Positions 26,491 through 35,797 of a DNA stretch of 64,000 nucleotides are shown here, piece after piece. A program made the position numbers and the translations under genes. Under the pieces are notes generated by a model that was given only the letters and a program-made list of their open reading frames with translations, ran no database searches and had not been told where the DNA came from. Position 1 is the first letter of the stretch, and the number at the start of each line of letters is the position of its first letter. This DNA is from Acidobacteriota bacterium (GTDB lineage Bacteria > Acidobacteriota > Thermoanaerobaculia > UBA5066), in NCBI GenBank assembly GCA_029781975.1, contig JAKOVQ010000014.1:283864-347863 (forward strand), in the 5' to 3' direction.

Positions 26491-28074
26491 TCAGCGGTAC
26501 CGGACCTCCGCCGGTGACGTCGGCGGGCCGGCGTCGCGCGCCTCCAAGGTCGTCCGGTCGCGTCCCGCGCGCTTCGACGCGTAGAGCGCCTCGTCGGCAC
26601 GGCGGACGAGCTGGCCGACCGTCGTCCGCTCGAAGAGGCCGTGGTGGATCGCGACGCCGGCCGACGCCGTGACCGGCTCCGGCACCTTCGGGAGCTTCAC
26701 CGAGGCGACCGCCGCGCGGACGCGCTCGACGGCGGCGACCGCCTCGGCCTCGTCGACGTCGACGAGGAGGAAGACGAACTCCTCCCCCCCGTATCGCCCC
26801 GCAAGGTCGATGCCGCGGATCGCCGAGGAGACCGCCCGGCCCGCGAGGGCGAGGACGCGGTCCCCCGTCTGGTGGCCGTGGCGGTCGTTGAACCGCTTGA
26901 AGTGGTCGACGTCGAGCATCGCGAGGGCCAGCGTCCCGCCGGAGCGCTCCGCGCGCGCCAGCTCGCGGCGGGCCCTCTCGAGGAACGCGGCGCGGTTGGG
27001 CAGGCCGGTGAGGGCGTCGGTCGTGGCCCGGACCAGGAGGATCCGCCCCCGGTCGGCGACGGCGACGAGGAGGATGCCGGTGAAGAGGAGGAACGACGGC
27101 CCGAGGAGGGGGACGGGCGCCGAGCGCGTGACGAGGATCCCGCGCGCCGTCCCCGCGTCCCAGAGGGCCGACAGGAGGAGCGCCGCGGTCCCCGTGAAGA
27201 GGAGCGGGGCGTCCCCGCCGCGCCGGCGCGCGAGGGCGACGAGGACCGCCGCGCCCGGAAGGAGGAGCGAGAGCCCCGCGAGGGCCGCGACGAGACGAGG
27301 CGCGGCGCCGGGCGCCGCCGCGGCGACGGCGAGGCCCGCCGCCGGGACCGCGAGGAGGGCCAGCGCGCCCCGCCCGACCGGGAGCTCCAGGAAGCCGAGG
27401 AGGAGGAGCAGACCGACCGGCGGGAGGACGAACGAGAGGGCCTGCGCCGTCCGCTCCGGAATCCGCGGGTCGACGTCCGCGAGCCCCCAGAGCGGCATCC
27501 GTGCCACGAGGAACGCGGCGACGCCGACCGCGAGGAGCGCGTAGAGCCCGAGGTCGCGCCGGCTCCGGTCGCGGAGGAAGAAGACGAGGGCGACGAGGCC
27601 CAGGGCGGCGATGGCGGCCGCCGAGACCGCCTGGGGAAGCTGATGCCCCAGCCGGCGGACGAGGAGGGTCGAGAGCGCGTCGAGGACCGGCGGGCGTCGC
27701 CCGGGAAACGGCTCTTCGGCCGTCGCGGTCCGGACCAGGAGACGGTGGCGCCCCGCGGACGCGAGTGCCGGCGGCACCTCGTAGAGGGGGTCGGACGGCC
27801 GCTCCCGACCTTCGCCGGCGAGGAGCGGGGCGAGCTGCCGTCCGTCGAGGACGACGAGGTCGCCCGAGGCGAGGCCGTAGAGCTGGATCCCGAGCGCCTG
27901 GTCGAGGCCCTCGGGAAGGGTGAAGGTCAGTCCGTACGAGATCCCTTCGGCCTGCGACGCGGTATCGGAGGGCGTCCTCTCCCAGCCGGCGGCGAGCGGG
28001 GCCGGGAGCCCCTGGAGCTCGAGCCGGACGTGGGGCCCGGCCAGGAGGAGGACGAGGGCCAGCGCGGGAGTCAA
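26491..28074 (-). CDS. membrane diguanylate cyclase (N-terminal periplasmic region, 7TM-like block, C-terminal GGDEF with RYGGEEF)
   Basis: 527-aa ORF; multiple TM helices; GGEEF active site plus RxxD I-site (RGID). Confidence 0.85.
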   Translation of the reverse strand: MTPALALVLLLAGPHVRLELQGLPAPLAAGWERTPSDTASQAEGISYGLTFTLPEGLDQALGIQLYGLASGDLVVLDGRQLAPLLAGEGRERPSDPLYEVPPALASAGRHRLLVRTATAEEPFPGRRPPVLDALSTLLVRRLGHQLPQAVSAAAIAALGLVALVFFLRDRSRRDLGLYALLAVGVAAFLVARMPLWGLADVDPRIPERTAQALSFVLPPVGLLLLLGFLELPVGRGALALLAVPAAGLAVAAAAPGAAPRLVAALAGLSLLLPGAAVLVALARRRGGDAPLLFTGTAALLLSALWDAGTARGILVTRSAPVPLLGPSFLLFTGILLVAVADRGRILLVRATTDALTGLPNRAAFLERARRELARAERSGGTLALAMLDVDHFKRFNDRHGHQTGDRVLALAGRAVSSAIRGIDLAGRYGGEEFVFLLVDVDEAEAVAAVERVRAAVASVKLPKVPEPVTASAGVAIHHGLFERTTVGQLVRRADEALYASKRAGRDRTTLEARDAGPPTSPAEVRYR

Positions 28075-28131
28075 CCCGGCGATGATAGGACCGGGATCAC
28101 CCGGAAGCTCGGGGCGTCCCGCGAGGAGGGT

Positions 28132-28356
28132 CTACGCGGCCGGGACGTTCCGCTCCCCGGGCGGGGAGAGGTCCTCGGCGGTCGCGGCGGCCGTCGCCTG
28201 GCCGGCGGCCAGCATCGTCGTGCAGTACATCCCGAGCTCCTCGAGGTAGAAGCACGCATCGGTCCCGCAGACGGGGCAGTCGGTGCAGCCCGCGCAGCCG
28301 AGCGCGACCGGGTGGGCCCGGCGGGGAGGGTTCGGGGTCGGAGCCTCAGCGGACAT
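28132..28356 (-). CDS. small Cys-rich protein (74 aa; CAGCTDCPVCGTDAC...C)
   Basis: ATG 28356 with strong SD AAGGAAGG 6 nt upstream; coding-like GC3 bias; six Cys. Confidence 0.5.
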   Translation of the reverse strand: MSAEAPTPNPPRRAHPVALGCAGCTDCPVCGTDACFYLEELGMYCTTMLAAGQATAAATAEDLSPPGERNVPAA

Positions 28357-28398
28357 GGCGGCCTTCCTTTCGTTCGCCCCCGTCTCGAAGAGAAAATA

Positions 28399-28409
28399 CT
28401 GCATTGCAG
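28399..28409. promoter_or_regulatory. perfect palindrome CTGCA-T-TGCAG in AT-enriched divergent promoter region
   Basis: Read directly in the only AT-rich patch between the Cys-rich gene (minus) and the cNMP-binding gene (plus). Confidence 0.3.
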
Positions 28410-29789
28410 CAAATAGTTCAAGTGCGCGGGGGCGGGTGCTCGCGAGCCGCCGCGCCCCGGCGGCGTACGATCCTCGTCGTGCCCCTGTTCGAGGCCTCGC
28501 GCGCCGACGCGGCCGCTCGCGCCCGCGAGACGGTGGAGGAGTGCCGGCGGAAGCTGAAGGAGAGCCCGGGAGACGCCGGGACCGCCCTCCGCCTGGCGGA
28601 CGCGCTCGCCGGGTCGGGAAGGAAGCGGGAGGCGGTGCAGGTCCTCAACAGGCTGGGGCCGCACCTCCAGAAGCACGGGCGCCTCGTGGAGGCGATCGCC
28701 GTCTACCGCCGGATCGAGGCCCTCGACCCGAGCGCCGAGGTGACCTCGAGCTTCCTGTCGCTCCTCGAGCTCAGGAAGCTCCTCGAGGCGATGCAGGCGG
28801 CGGCAGCCCGGACGGGTACGCCTCCGGACGGCGGCGCGAGGCCGCCCGCGTCGGGATCGTTCGGACGCGCCCCCGGGTCGGCCCCCCCCGGACGGGGCGC
28901 GGACGGGTCGGTCGAGGTCGGCGGGGCCGAGGCGACCGAAGCCGCCGCGCGGCACGCCAAGCGCGAGCGGGTCCACGAGATCCGCGCCGCGATCCCGCTC
29001 CTGAAGGACATCCCGCCGTTCCTCTTCGATCTCGTCCTCGAGAGGATCTCGCTCGTCACGCTCGAGAAGGGGGCCGTCCTCTTCTCGGAGGGGGACCCGG
29101 GGAGCTCCCTCTTCCTCGTCGCCACCGGGTCGCTGCGCGTCACGGCGCGGAGCGACGCGGGAGAGGCGACCCTCCTCTCCGTCCTCGGCCCGGGAGACGT
29201 CGCCGGCGAGATGTCGTTCCTGACGGGGCTCCCGCGGGCGGCGACCCTCACGGCCGCCGAGAGGAGCGACCTCCTGGAGCTCGACCGCAACGCCCTGACG
29301 ACGATCCTGAGGAAGCACCGCGCCGTCTCCTTCGCCCTGACCAACCTCTACAGCGAGCGGCTCCTCGACGGCGTCCTCGCCCGCTCGCGGGTCTTCGGGG
29401 TCCTCCCCCGGGACGAGCGCGACGCGCTGGCGCGGCAGCTCACGCCGATGACGGTGCGGGCCGGGGAGCGGATCATCGAGGAGGGGGCCTCGGACTCGAC
29501 GCTCTACCTCCTCAAGCGCGGGGCCGCGCGCGTCACCGTCCGCACGAGCGCGCAGGAGGTGGCCCTCGCCCTCCTCCGCCCCCACGACGTCTTCGGCGAG
29601 GTCGCGGCGGCGCGGGGCCGGCGCCGGACCGCGAGCGTCACGGCCGTGACCGAGTGCGAGCTCCTGGCGCTCGCGAGCGGGAGCCTCGCGCCCCTCCTCG
29701 CGCGGAGCCCCGGGCTCGCCCGTGCCCTCGAGGACGTCCAGCTGGAGCGGTACGTCGTGAACGCGCGGACGCTCGGATCGCGCGCCTGA
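28404..29789 (+). CDS. TPR-like N-terminus plus two cyclic-nucleotide-binding (cNMP/CAP-family effector) domains; start uncertain (TTG 28404 or GTG 28479)
   Basis: Two copies of the cNMP-binding signature (GDVAGEMSFL...RAATLTA and HDVFGEVAAA...RTASVTA); no HTH seen. Confidence 0.72.
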   Translation: MQQIVQVRGGGCSRAAAPRRRTILVVPLFEASRADAAARARETVEECRRKLKESPGDAGTALRLADALAGSGRKREAVQVLNRLGPHLQKHGRLVEAIAVYRRIEALDPSAEVTSSFLSLLELRKLLEAMQAAAARTGTPPDGGARPPASGSFGRAPGSAPPGRGADGSVEVGGAEATEAAARHAKRERVHEIRAAIPLLKDIPPFLFDLVLERISLVTLEKGAVLFSEGDPGSSLFLVATGSLRVTARSDAGEATLLSVLGPGDVAGEMSFLTGLPRAATLTAAERSDLLELDRNALTTILRKHRAVSFALTNLYSERLLDGVLARSRVFGVLPRDERDALARQLTPMTVRAGERIIEEGASDSTLYLLKRGAARVTVRTSAQEVALALLRPHDVFGEVAAARGRRRTASVTAVTECELLALASGSLAPLLARSPGLARALEDVQLERYVVNARTLGSRA

Positions 29790-29793
29790 GGCG

Positions 29794-31074
29794 TCACCCG
29801 GGGGGCGCCACGGGCCCCTCGTAGCCGCGGACCACCGGGGTCGCGACCGCAAGGACGCCCGCCAGGACGAGGGTGAGGACGCCGCCGGAGACGATCGAGA
29901 CCGTCACCCCCACCGCCACCGACGCGAAGAGCGACGCCACCAGGCCCGCCTCGAGCTCGCCCAGCTGCGGGCCCCCCATGAAGAAGATCATGTTCACCGC
30001 CGTCATCCGCCCCCGGAGCTCGTCGGGCGTCAGGAGCTGGCGGACGAGCTGCCTCACCACCGTCGACGCGACGTCCGCGAAGCCGGTGAGGGCGAGCGCG
30101 GCGAAGGTGAGCCAGAACGACCGCGAGAGGCCGTAGACGACGGTGAAGCCGCCGTAGGCCGCGACCGCGACCAGGAGGAGCCGCCCCTGGCGCCGCGGCA
30201 GGGGGACGAGGCTCGTCAGGAGCGAGCCCGCGAGGGCGCCGACCGCCGGCGCCGCCACGAGCCAGCCGTAGCCGTGCGCCCCGACCCCGAGGACCTTGTC
30301 GGCGACGACGGGGAGGAGCGAGAGGGAGCCCGAGAAGAACGTGGCGAAGAAGTCGAGCGTCATCGACCAGACCATGATCGGGGTCCCGAAGACGAACCGG
30401 AGGCCGGCACGGAGCGACTCGACGAGCCCTTCGTGGCCGCCGGGGGGGGCCTCGACCCGCCCGGACGTGCGCATCGTCAGGAGCGCGAGGATCGTCCCCA
30501 GGAACGAGACGGCGTTGAGCGCGTAGAGGACCGCGAGGCCGGCGCGGCCGTGGGCCGGATCCGGCGCGAGCTTCGCGATGAGGAGGCCCGCCAGCGCGGG
30601 CCCTCCGATCATCGCCGCGTGGAACATCGCGAGGTTGAGCGACAGCGCGCCGCCGAGCACCTGGAGCGGGACGAGGCGAGGCGTCAGCGCCTGCCGCGCC
30701 GGCGAGTCGAAGGCCGCGGCCGCCGCGATGAGGGCCGTCCCGGCGTAGAGCGCGGCGACCGAGTCGCGCCCCGTCGCCGTCAGCAGGGCCAGGCCCGCGG
30801 CCACGAGCGTCATCGCCGTCTGCGCGGAGAGCATGACGCGCCGCCGGTCGTACCGGTCGGCCGCGAGGCCTCCGGCCACGGAGAACGCGACGATCGGGAC
30901 GACGCGGGCGAGCCCCACGAAGCCGAGCGCGAGCGGCGAGCCGGTGAGGAGGTAGACGTGCCAGTTCACCGCCGCCACCTGCATCTGGGTGCCGATCAGC
31001 GAGACGAGCTGGCCGGAGAAGAGGCGCCGGAAGTCGCGGTGGCGCAGGGCCTCGTAGGGGCGGCTCCCCGGCAT
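29794..31074 (-). CDS. MFS transporter (enterobactin-exporter EntS-like, 12 TM)
   Basis: 426-aa hydrophobic ORF, MFS layout; N-terminal RRLFSGQLVSLIG signature of the EntS/YbdA subfamily. Confidence 0.82.
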   Translation of the reverse strand: MPGSRPYEALRHRDFRRLFSGQLVSLIGTQMQVAAVNWHVYLLTGSPLALGFVGLARVVPIVAFSVAGGLAADRYDRRRVMLSAQTAMTLVAAGLALLTATGRDSVAALYAGTALIAAAAAFDSPARQALTPRLVPLQVLGGALSLNLAMFHAAMIGGPALAGLLIAKLAPDPAHGRAGLAVLYALNAVSFLGTILALLTMRTSGRVEAPPGGHEGLVESLRAGLRFVFGTPIMVWSMTLDFFATFFSGSLSLLPVVADKVLGVGAHGYGWLVAAPAVGALAGSLLTSLVPLPRRQGRLLLVAVAAYGGFTVVYGLSRSFWLTFAALALTGFADVASTVVRQLVRQLLTPDELRGRMTAVNMIFFMGGPQLGELEAGLVASLFASVAVGVTVSIVSGGVLTLVLAGVLAVATPVVRGYEGPVAPPG

Positions 31075-31199
31075 CGCCCGGAGTGTACGAGGCCGGGGGA
31101 CGGAGGGTGCCGACGGGGCGACGGCGGGGAGACGAGGGGCGGCCCGCGGAAATCCGGGCGGCGCGGCGGGCCCCGCGCGCCCCGGCCGTCGAGGTGATT

Positions 31200-31232
31200 T
31201 CTCCGTTTCGGATGAGGTTGCTCCGTTTCGGA
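31200..31232. promoter_or_regulatory. two copies of CTCCGTTTCGGA spaced 20 bp apart in the divergent MFS / flotillin intergenic region
   Basis: Read directly (tCTCCGTTTCGGAtgaggttgCTCCGTTTCGGAag) in a locally AT-enriched stretch. Confidence 0.35.
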
Positions 31233-31325
31233 AGATACGAGCCGGGGAACGCCCCCGCGCAACGGCACGGCCCTTGAAGTCCCCCCGGGCGCGCGGCCCC
31301 CGAACGGGCCGCGGAGGAGTCGACG

Positions 31326-32675
31326 ATGGAACAGACCTCCCGCCCCGAGCCCGGCCCGATCCCCTTCCTCGCCCCCGAGACCCCCGCTCCCCCCCGCCCG
31401 CCCTTCCTGCAGCGGCTCGGCGGCCGGATCCCGCCTGCGGCTCTCCGCCGCGGGCTCCTCGCGCTGGCGATCGCGGTGGCGCTCGTCGCCGCCGTCCGTC
31501 TCGTCCGCGGCAGCTTCCAGTCGGTCCGGCCCGGCGAGGCCGGCGTGGCGGTGAACGCGCTGACCGGGCACGTCCGGGTCCTCCCCCCCGGCACCCACTT
31601 CCTTCCCGGCGCGCTCTACACCCTCCACCGCTTCCGCGTCTCCGACCAGCTCCTCGCCGGGCCCGGCGCCACGTTCTCGCTGGTGACGCGCGACGGCATC
31701 CCGGTGACGGTCAGCCTCCAGGTCCGCTGGGCCCTCCAGCGCGAGGAGCTCCTCGCCCGCTGGGCCTCGCTCCCGCCCGACCCGGCGGCGGAGGTGATCG
31801 GCCCGGTCCTCGCCTCCGCCTTCCGCTCGCAGTCCACCGCCTACGAGGCGACCGCCCTCGCCGCCGACAAGCGCGACGAGCTGGCCGCCGCTGCGGCCCG
31901 CCGCGCGCGGGAGCGGCTCGCGGGGACCGGCATCGTCCTGAAGGACGTCCTCGTCGGCGACCTGAAGCTCCCGGCCGAGTACGAGCGGGGCCGCATGGCG
32001 CTCCTCGAGGAGCAGCAGGCCTCGGAGAAGAAGGAGGCGACGCTGAAGATCCGGCAGCAGGAGATCGAGGAGGGGCGGCTCACCGGCGAGGCCGAGAAGG
32101 TGCGGCGCGAAAAGGCGGCCGAGACGGAGGCCGCGCAGAGGCTGATCGCTGCGCGCGCAGAGTCCGACGCGATGCAGTACATCCTCCCGCTGAAGGAGAA
32201 GGCGATCCGCCAGAGCCAGCTCGAGGCCGAGGCCGAGCGCGCCCGGGTCGTCGAGCAGGCCAAGGCCGCGGCCGAGACCTCGAAGATCCAGGCCGAGGCC
32301 GAGGCCCAGCGCCGCCGCCTCCTGGCCGACGCCGAGGCCTACTCGATCCGGACGACCTCCGCCGCGCAGTTCGAGAACCTCAAGCGTGAGGCCGAGCTCG
32401 TCACCGCGAACCCGATCTGGGTCTCGAAGACGTTCGCCGAGAGGATCTCCGACAAGGTGCAGGTCATCCTGACGCCGCAGCTCTCCTCCGACGTCTACAC
32501 CGACGAGGTGATGAAGCGCCTGGCGAACGGCGAGCCGGCCGTAGCCGACCGCGCCGCGCGGCGCGCGGGCCCGCAGGCTTCCGGGGCGACGACGGCGGCC
32601 CGGACGGCCGCTGGCGCAGGCGGCGGACCGGAGCGCGAAGGCGCGGCCGTCGCGGCTGCGGAGGGGCTCCGGTGA
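31326..32675 (+). CDS. flotillin-like SPFH/band-7 protein with EA-rich coiled-coil tail
   Basis: N-terminal TM, SPFH core, long coiled coil with EAEAERAR / QAEAEAQRRR repeats typical of bacterial flotillins. Confidence 0.8.
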   Translation: MEQTSRPEPGPIPFLAPETPAPPRPPFLQRLGGRIPPAALRRGLLALAIAVALVAAVRLVRGSFQSVRPGEAGVAVNALTGHVRVLPPGTHFLPGALYTLHRFRVSDQLLAGPGATFSLVTRDGIPVTVSLQVRWALQREELLARWASLPPDPAAEVIGPVLASAFRSQSTAYEATALAADKRDELAAAAARRARERLAGTGIVLKDVLVGDLKLPAEYERGRMALLEEQQASEKKEATLKIRQQEIEEGRLTGEAEKVRREKAAETEAAQRLIAARAESDAMQYILPLKEKAIRQSQLEAEAERARVVEQAKAAAETSKIQAEAEAQRRRLLADAEAYSIRTTSAAQFENLKREAELVTANPIWVSKTFAERISDKVQVILTPQLSSDVYTDEVMKRLANGEPAVADRAARRAGPQASGATTAARTAAGAGGGPEREGAAVAAAEGLR

Positions 32676-34309
32676 ACGCCCGCACGCTCCCCCGCCTTCG
32701 GGACCAGGCGCATCGGGCGGCGCTCGCCGCCTCCGGCGTCGCGCTGATCGGCCTCCTCGTCACCGGATCCCTCCTCGCCTCGCCGCTGCCGGGAGCCGGC
32801 GAGGCGCTCCCGGGGGCCGACGTCTTCGTCACCGCGCGCGTGGCCGCGCTCCTCGCCGAGCCCCGACCGTCCTCGTCGGCCGTCGCACGGCTCCCCGTCG
32901 GGACGCGAACCCTCCTCCTCGGCTCGCGAGGCTCGTTCCTGAGGGTCCAGACCCGGGACGAGAGGACGGACCCGCTTAGTTCCGGAGAAACGTCCGTCGG
33001 CACCTCCGTCGGCGCGTCCGTCGGCGCGCCTGCTGATGCTGCGGCCGGCAGCCCCGCGGGCGTCGCCTCCTCCTCCCCGTGCTCCCCGCCGCCCGGCCTC
33101 GTCGGCTGGCTCCCCGCCTCGTCCGCCACCCCCGTGGCGAGCGGGCCCGAGGGGACGGCCCTGCTCCTCGCGACGGGGACCTTCCTCGCCGCGACGGCGC
33201 CGCAGCGGCCGCTCGGCGTCGCGCTCCTCGCGCGCGGCGTCGAGCGCAGGCGCGCCGAGGGGTTCCCCGACGCCCAGGCCGAGGTCGCCCTCGGGGAGGC
33301 GGCCGAGGCGCTCGCGGCGGCGGGATCGACCCTTCTCGCGGGGCTCGCGGCCCCGGTCCGCGGGTTCCCCGGCGCTGCGCCGCGTGCCGTCTACGACGGC
33401 GCCGCGTTCCGGTCGGCGCTCGCGCTCCTCGAGGCGAGCGGCGAGGGGGAGTCGCCGCTCGGCGATCGGGCACGGGCCGGGCTCCTCCGCTCGCTCCTTC
33501 CCGTCCCGGCGAGCGGCCTGACGGCGCTCTGGAACGAGACGGCCGGCTGGCTCGCCCTGACCGAGCGGACGGCGAGCCCTCAGGTGCTCGCCGGGGCCGC
33601 CGACCGTCTCGGTCTCTCCTCCCTCGCGCTCGGGCGGCTCCTCCTCGCCGCGGGGCAGCTGGACGACCTCGCCGCGCTGGAGGAGCGGGTGCGCGCCGCC
33701 GCGGTCCGCGTGAAGGACCTCCTTCCCGACGAGCCCGACGGCCCGCGCCTGGCGGCGCGCGCCGGCCTCCTCGCCGCGCTCCGCGGCGACGGGACGGCTC
33801 CCTTCCCCCAGCGGAGGACGTGGGGCGCGGGACCGGAGCCGCTGACGGTCTCGATCGAAGGAGAGCTCGGCGACCTGGCGCTCGTCGTCCGCCGGCGCGG
33901 CACCGACGTCGTCCGCCGCGTCGCGGTGCCGGTCCTCCCTGTCCCCGGCTCTCTCCGGCTCTCCCCCGACGGGAGCGCTGCCGCGTGGCTCGAGTCGAGC
34001 GCCCCCGCCACCATCGTCCCGGCTCTCGTCCGCCTCGACGCGCCCGGCGTCGACGGCGACGCGACGCTGCTGGCGGGCGGGCGTCCCCTGCGCGACCGGA
34101 GGCGCGCGCACCTGGCCGCGCGCCTCCTCTCTTTCTCCGCCGACGGCTCGCGGCTCTCGGTCGCCCTGACGGCCTGGGACCAGGTGCCGCCGGAGGCGCC
34201 GCGGCTGGCGGTGGTCGACACGCGGAGCGGGGAGCTGGTCGTCGACGCCTCGAGCCTGCCGGGCGGGAAGGCGCGGGTGAGGAGGGCCCTCCGGCAGACG
34301 GCTCGGTGA
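32672..34309 (+). CDS. hypothetical membrane-anchored protein translationally coupled to the flotillin gene
   Basis: GTG 32672 overlaps flotillin stop (GTGA); N-terminal TM helix; 545 aa, no recognisable catalytic motif. Confidence 0.5.
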   Translation: MNARTLPRLRDQAHRAALAASGVALIGLLVTGSLLASPLPGAGEALPGADVFVTARVAALLAEPRPSSSAVARLPVGTRTLLLGSRGSFLRVQTRDERTDPLSSGETSVGTSVGASVGAPADAAAGSPAGVASSSPCSPPPGLVGWLPASSATPVASGPEGTALLLATGTFLAATAPQRPLGVALLARGVERRRAEGFPDAQAEVALGEAAEALAAAGSTLLAGLAAPVRGFPGAAPRAVYDGAAFRSALALLEASGEGESPLGDRARAGLLRSLLPVPASGLTALWNETAGWLALTERTASPQVLAGAADRLGLSSLALGRLLLAAGQLDDLAALEERVRAAAVRVKDLLPDEPDGPRLAARAGLLAALRGDGTAPFPQRRTWGAGPEPLTVSIEGELGDLALVVRRRGTDVVRRVAVPVLPVPGSLRLSPDGSAAAWLESSAPATIVPALVRLDAPGVDGDATLLAGGRPLRDRRRAHLAARLLSFSADGSRLSVALTAWDQVPPEAPRLAVVDTRSGELVVDASSLPGGKARVRRALRQTAR

Positions 34310-34365
34310 GGCATCGTTCGACGGCCGGGCGGCGAGATGGGAGATCATCCGCCGCCGGTGATGTC

Positions 34366-35694
34366 ATGAGCCCCCTCCGTCGTCGCGCGCTCGAAACCCC
34401 CGCTTCCGTCCTCTTCCCCTTCCCCGACCGCCCCTTCCTCTGGGGCGTCGCCGTCTCGCACTACCAGGTCGAAGGGGACGACGCGTGCGACTGGACCGCG
34501 TGGGAGGCGGCCGGCAGGACGCGCGGCGGGGCCTGCGGGCCGGCGGTCGGCTCCTGGGCGCGGTACGAGGAGGACGCCGCGCTCGCGGCGGCGCTGGGCG
34601 CGAACGCCTTCCGCTTCTCGGTCTCCTGGAGCCGCGTCGAGCCGCGCCGGGGACGGTTCGACGGCGAGGCCCTCGCGCGCTACGCCCGCCTCGTCGACCG
34701 CCTCGCCGCCCTGGGTCTCGAGCCCGTCGTCACCCTCCACCACTACACCCACCCGCCCTGGTTCCACGGCGAGACGCCGTGGACGTCTCCCGCGTCGGTC
34801 GACGCCTTCGCCCGCTTCGCGCGGGAGGCGGTCCGCGCGCTCGGGCCCGCGGTCCGCTGCTTCACCGCCCTGAACGAGCCGTTCGTCCTCCTCCTGGGCG
34901 GCTTCCTCGGGGGCGAGATCCCGCCGGGCCTCTCGGACGCGCGGGCGGCGCGGCTGGCGCTGGACAACCTCCTCGCCGCCCACGTCGCCGCGGCCGCCGA
35001 GATCCGGGGCGCGTGCCCCGGAGCGGCGGTGGGAGTCGCGCACAACATGATGCTCTTCGCTCCGGACCGGGGCCGCCACCCGCTCGACCGGGCCCTCGCC
35101 TCCCGCGCGCGGCGGGTCTACAACGGCGGCCTCCTCGAGGCGTTCGCCACCGGCCGGTGGGACCTCTGGATCCCCCCCTTCGCGAGGCTCAAGGGACGGC
35201 GCGACGGCCTCCCCTCCTCCCTCGACTTCGTCGGCGTGAACTACTACTCGCGCCTCCACCTCCGCGCGGGGCTGGGCGTCCCGGGTCTCGCCCGCTTCGG
35301 ATACCGCGACCGGACCGGCCGCGGCCTGACGGACAACGGCTGGGAGGTGGTCCCGGAGGGCCTCGCGGAGGTCCTGCGAGAGGCGTCGGCTGCCGTCGGC
35401 AAGCCGCTCCTCGTCACCGAGAACGGCTTGGCGGACGGGAGCGACGCCCGGCGCGCCTCCTTCCTCGCGGACCACGTCGCTGCCCTCTCCGCGGTCCACG
35501 CCGAAGGGGTGCCGGTCGCGGGCTACCTCCACTGGTCGCTCCTCGACAACTACGAATGGCTCGACGGCTGGGGCCCGAAGTTCGGGCTCGTCGAGGTCGA
35601 CCGGACGACGATGGCCCGCCGCCCCCGCCCCTCAGCCGAGGTCTTCCGCCGGCTCGGCGAGCGCCTCCTCGCGGAGCGGGGCTCGAAGGGCTGA
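34366..35694 (+). CDS. glycoside hydrolase family 1 beta-glucosidase-like enzyme
   Basis: ATG 34366 in frame of ORF 33079..35694; LNEP acid/base and TENG nucleophile motifs; HWSLLDNYEW C-terminal signature. Confidence 0.85.
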   Translation: MSPLRRRALETPASVLFPFPDRPFLWGVAVSHYQVEGDDACDWTAWEAAGRTRGGACGPAVGSWARYEEDAALAAALGANAFRFSVSWSRVEPRRGRFDGEALARYARLVDRLAALGLEPVVTLHHYTHPPWFHGETPWTSPASVDAFARFAREAVRALGPAVRCFTALNEPFVLLLGGFLGGEIPPGLSDARAARLALDNLLAAHVAAAAEIRGACPGAAVGVAHNMMLFAPDRGRHPLDRALASRARRVYNGGLLEAFATGRWDLWIPPFARLKGRRDGLPSSLDFVGVNYYSRLHLRAGLGVPGLARFGYRDRTGRGLTDNGWEVVPEGLAEVLREASAAVGKPLLVTENGLADGSDARRASFLADHVAALSAVHAEGVPVAGYLHWSLLDNYEWLDGWGPKFGLVEVDRTTMARRPRPSAEVFRRLGERLLAERGSKG

Positions 35695-35797
35695 AGGAGC
35701 CGCCGACCGGCCCGTTTGTTTACACCTCCTTGACCGGGCGCACGCCGGGTTCTCAAACCTCGGGACGACCGTGTAGGCCCGAGGAAAGGAGCCCGGG

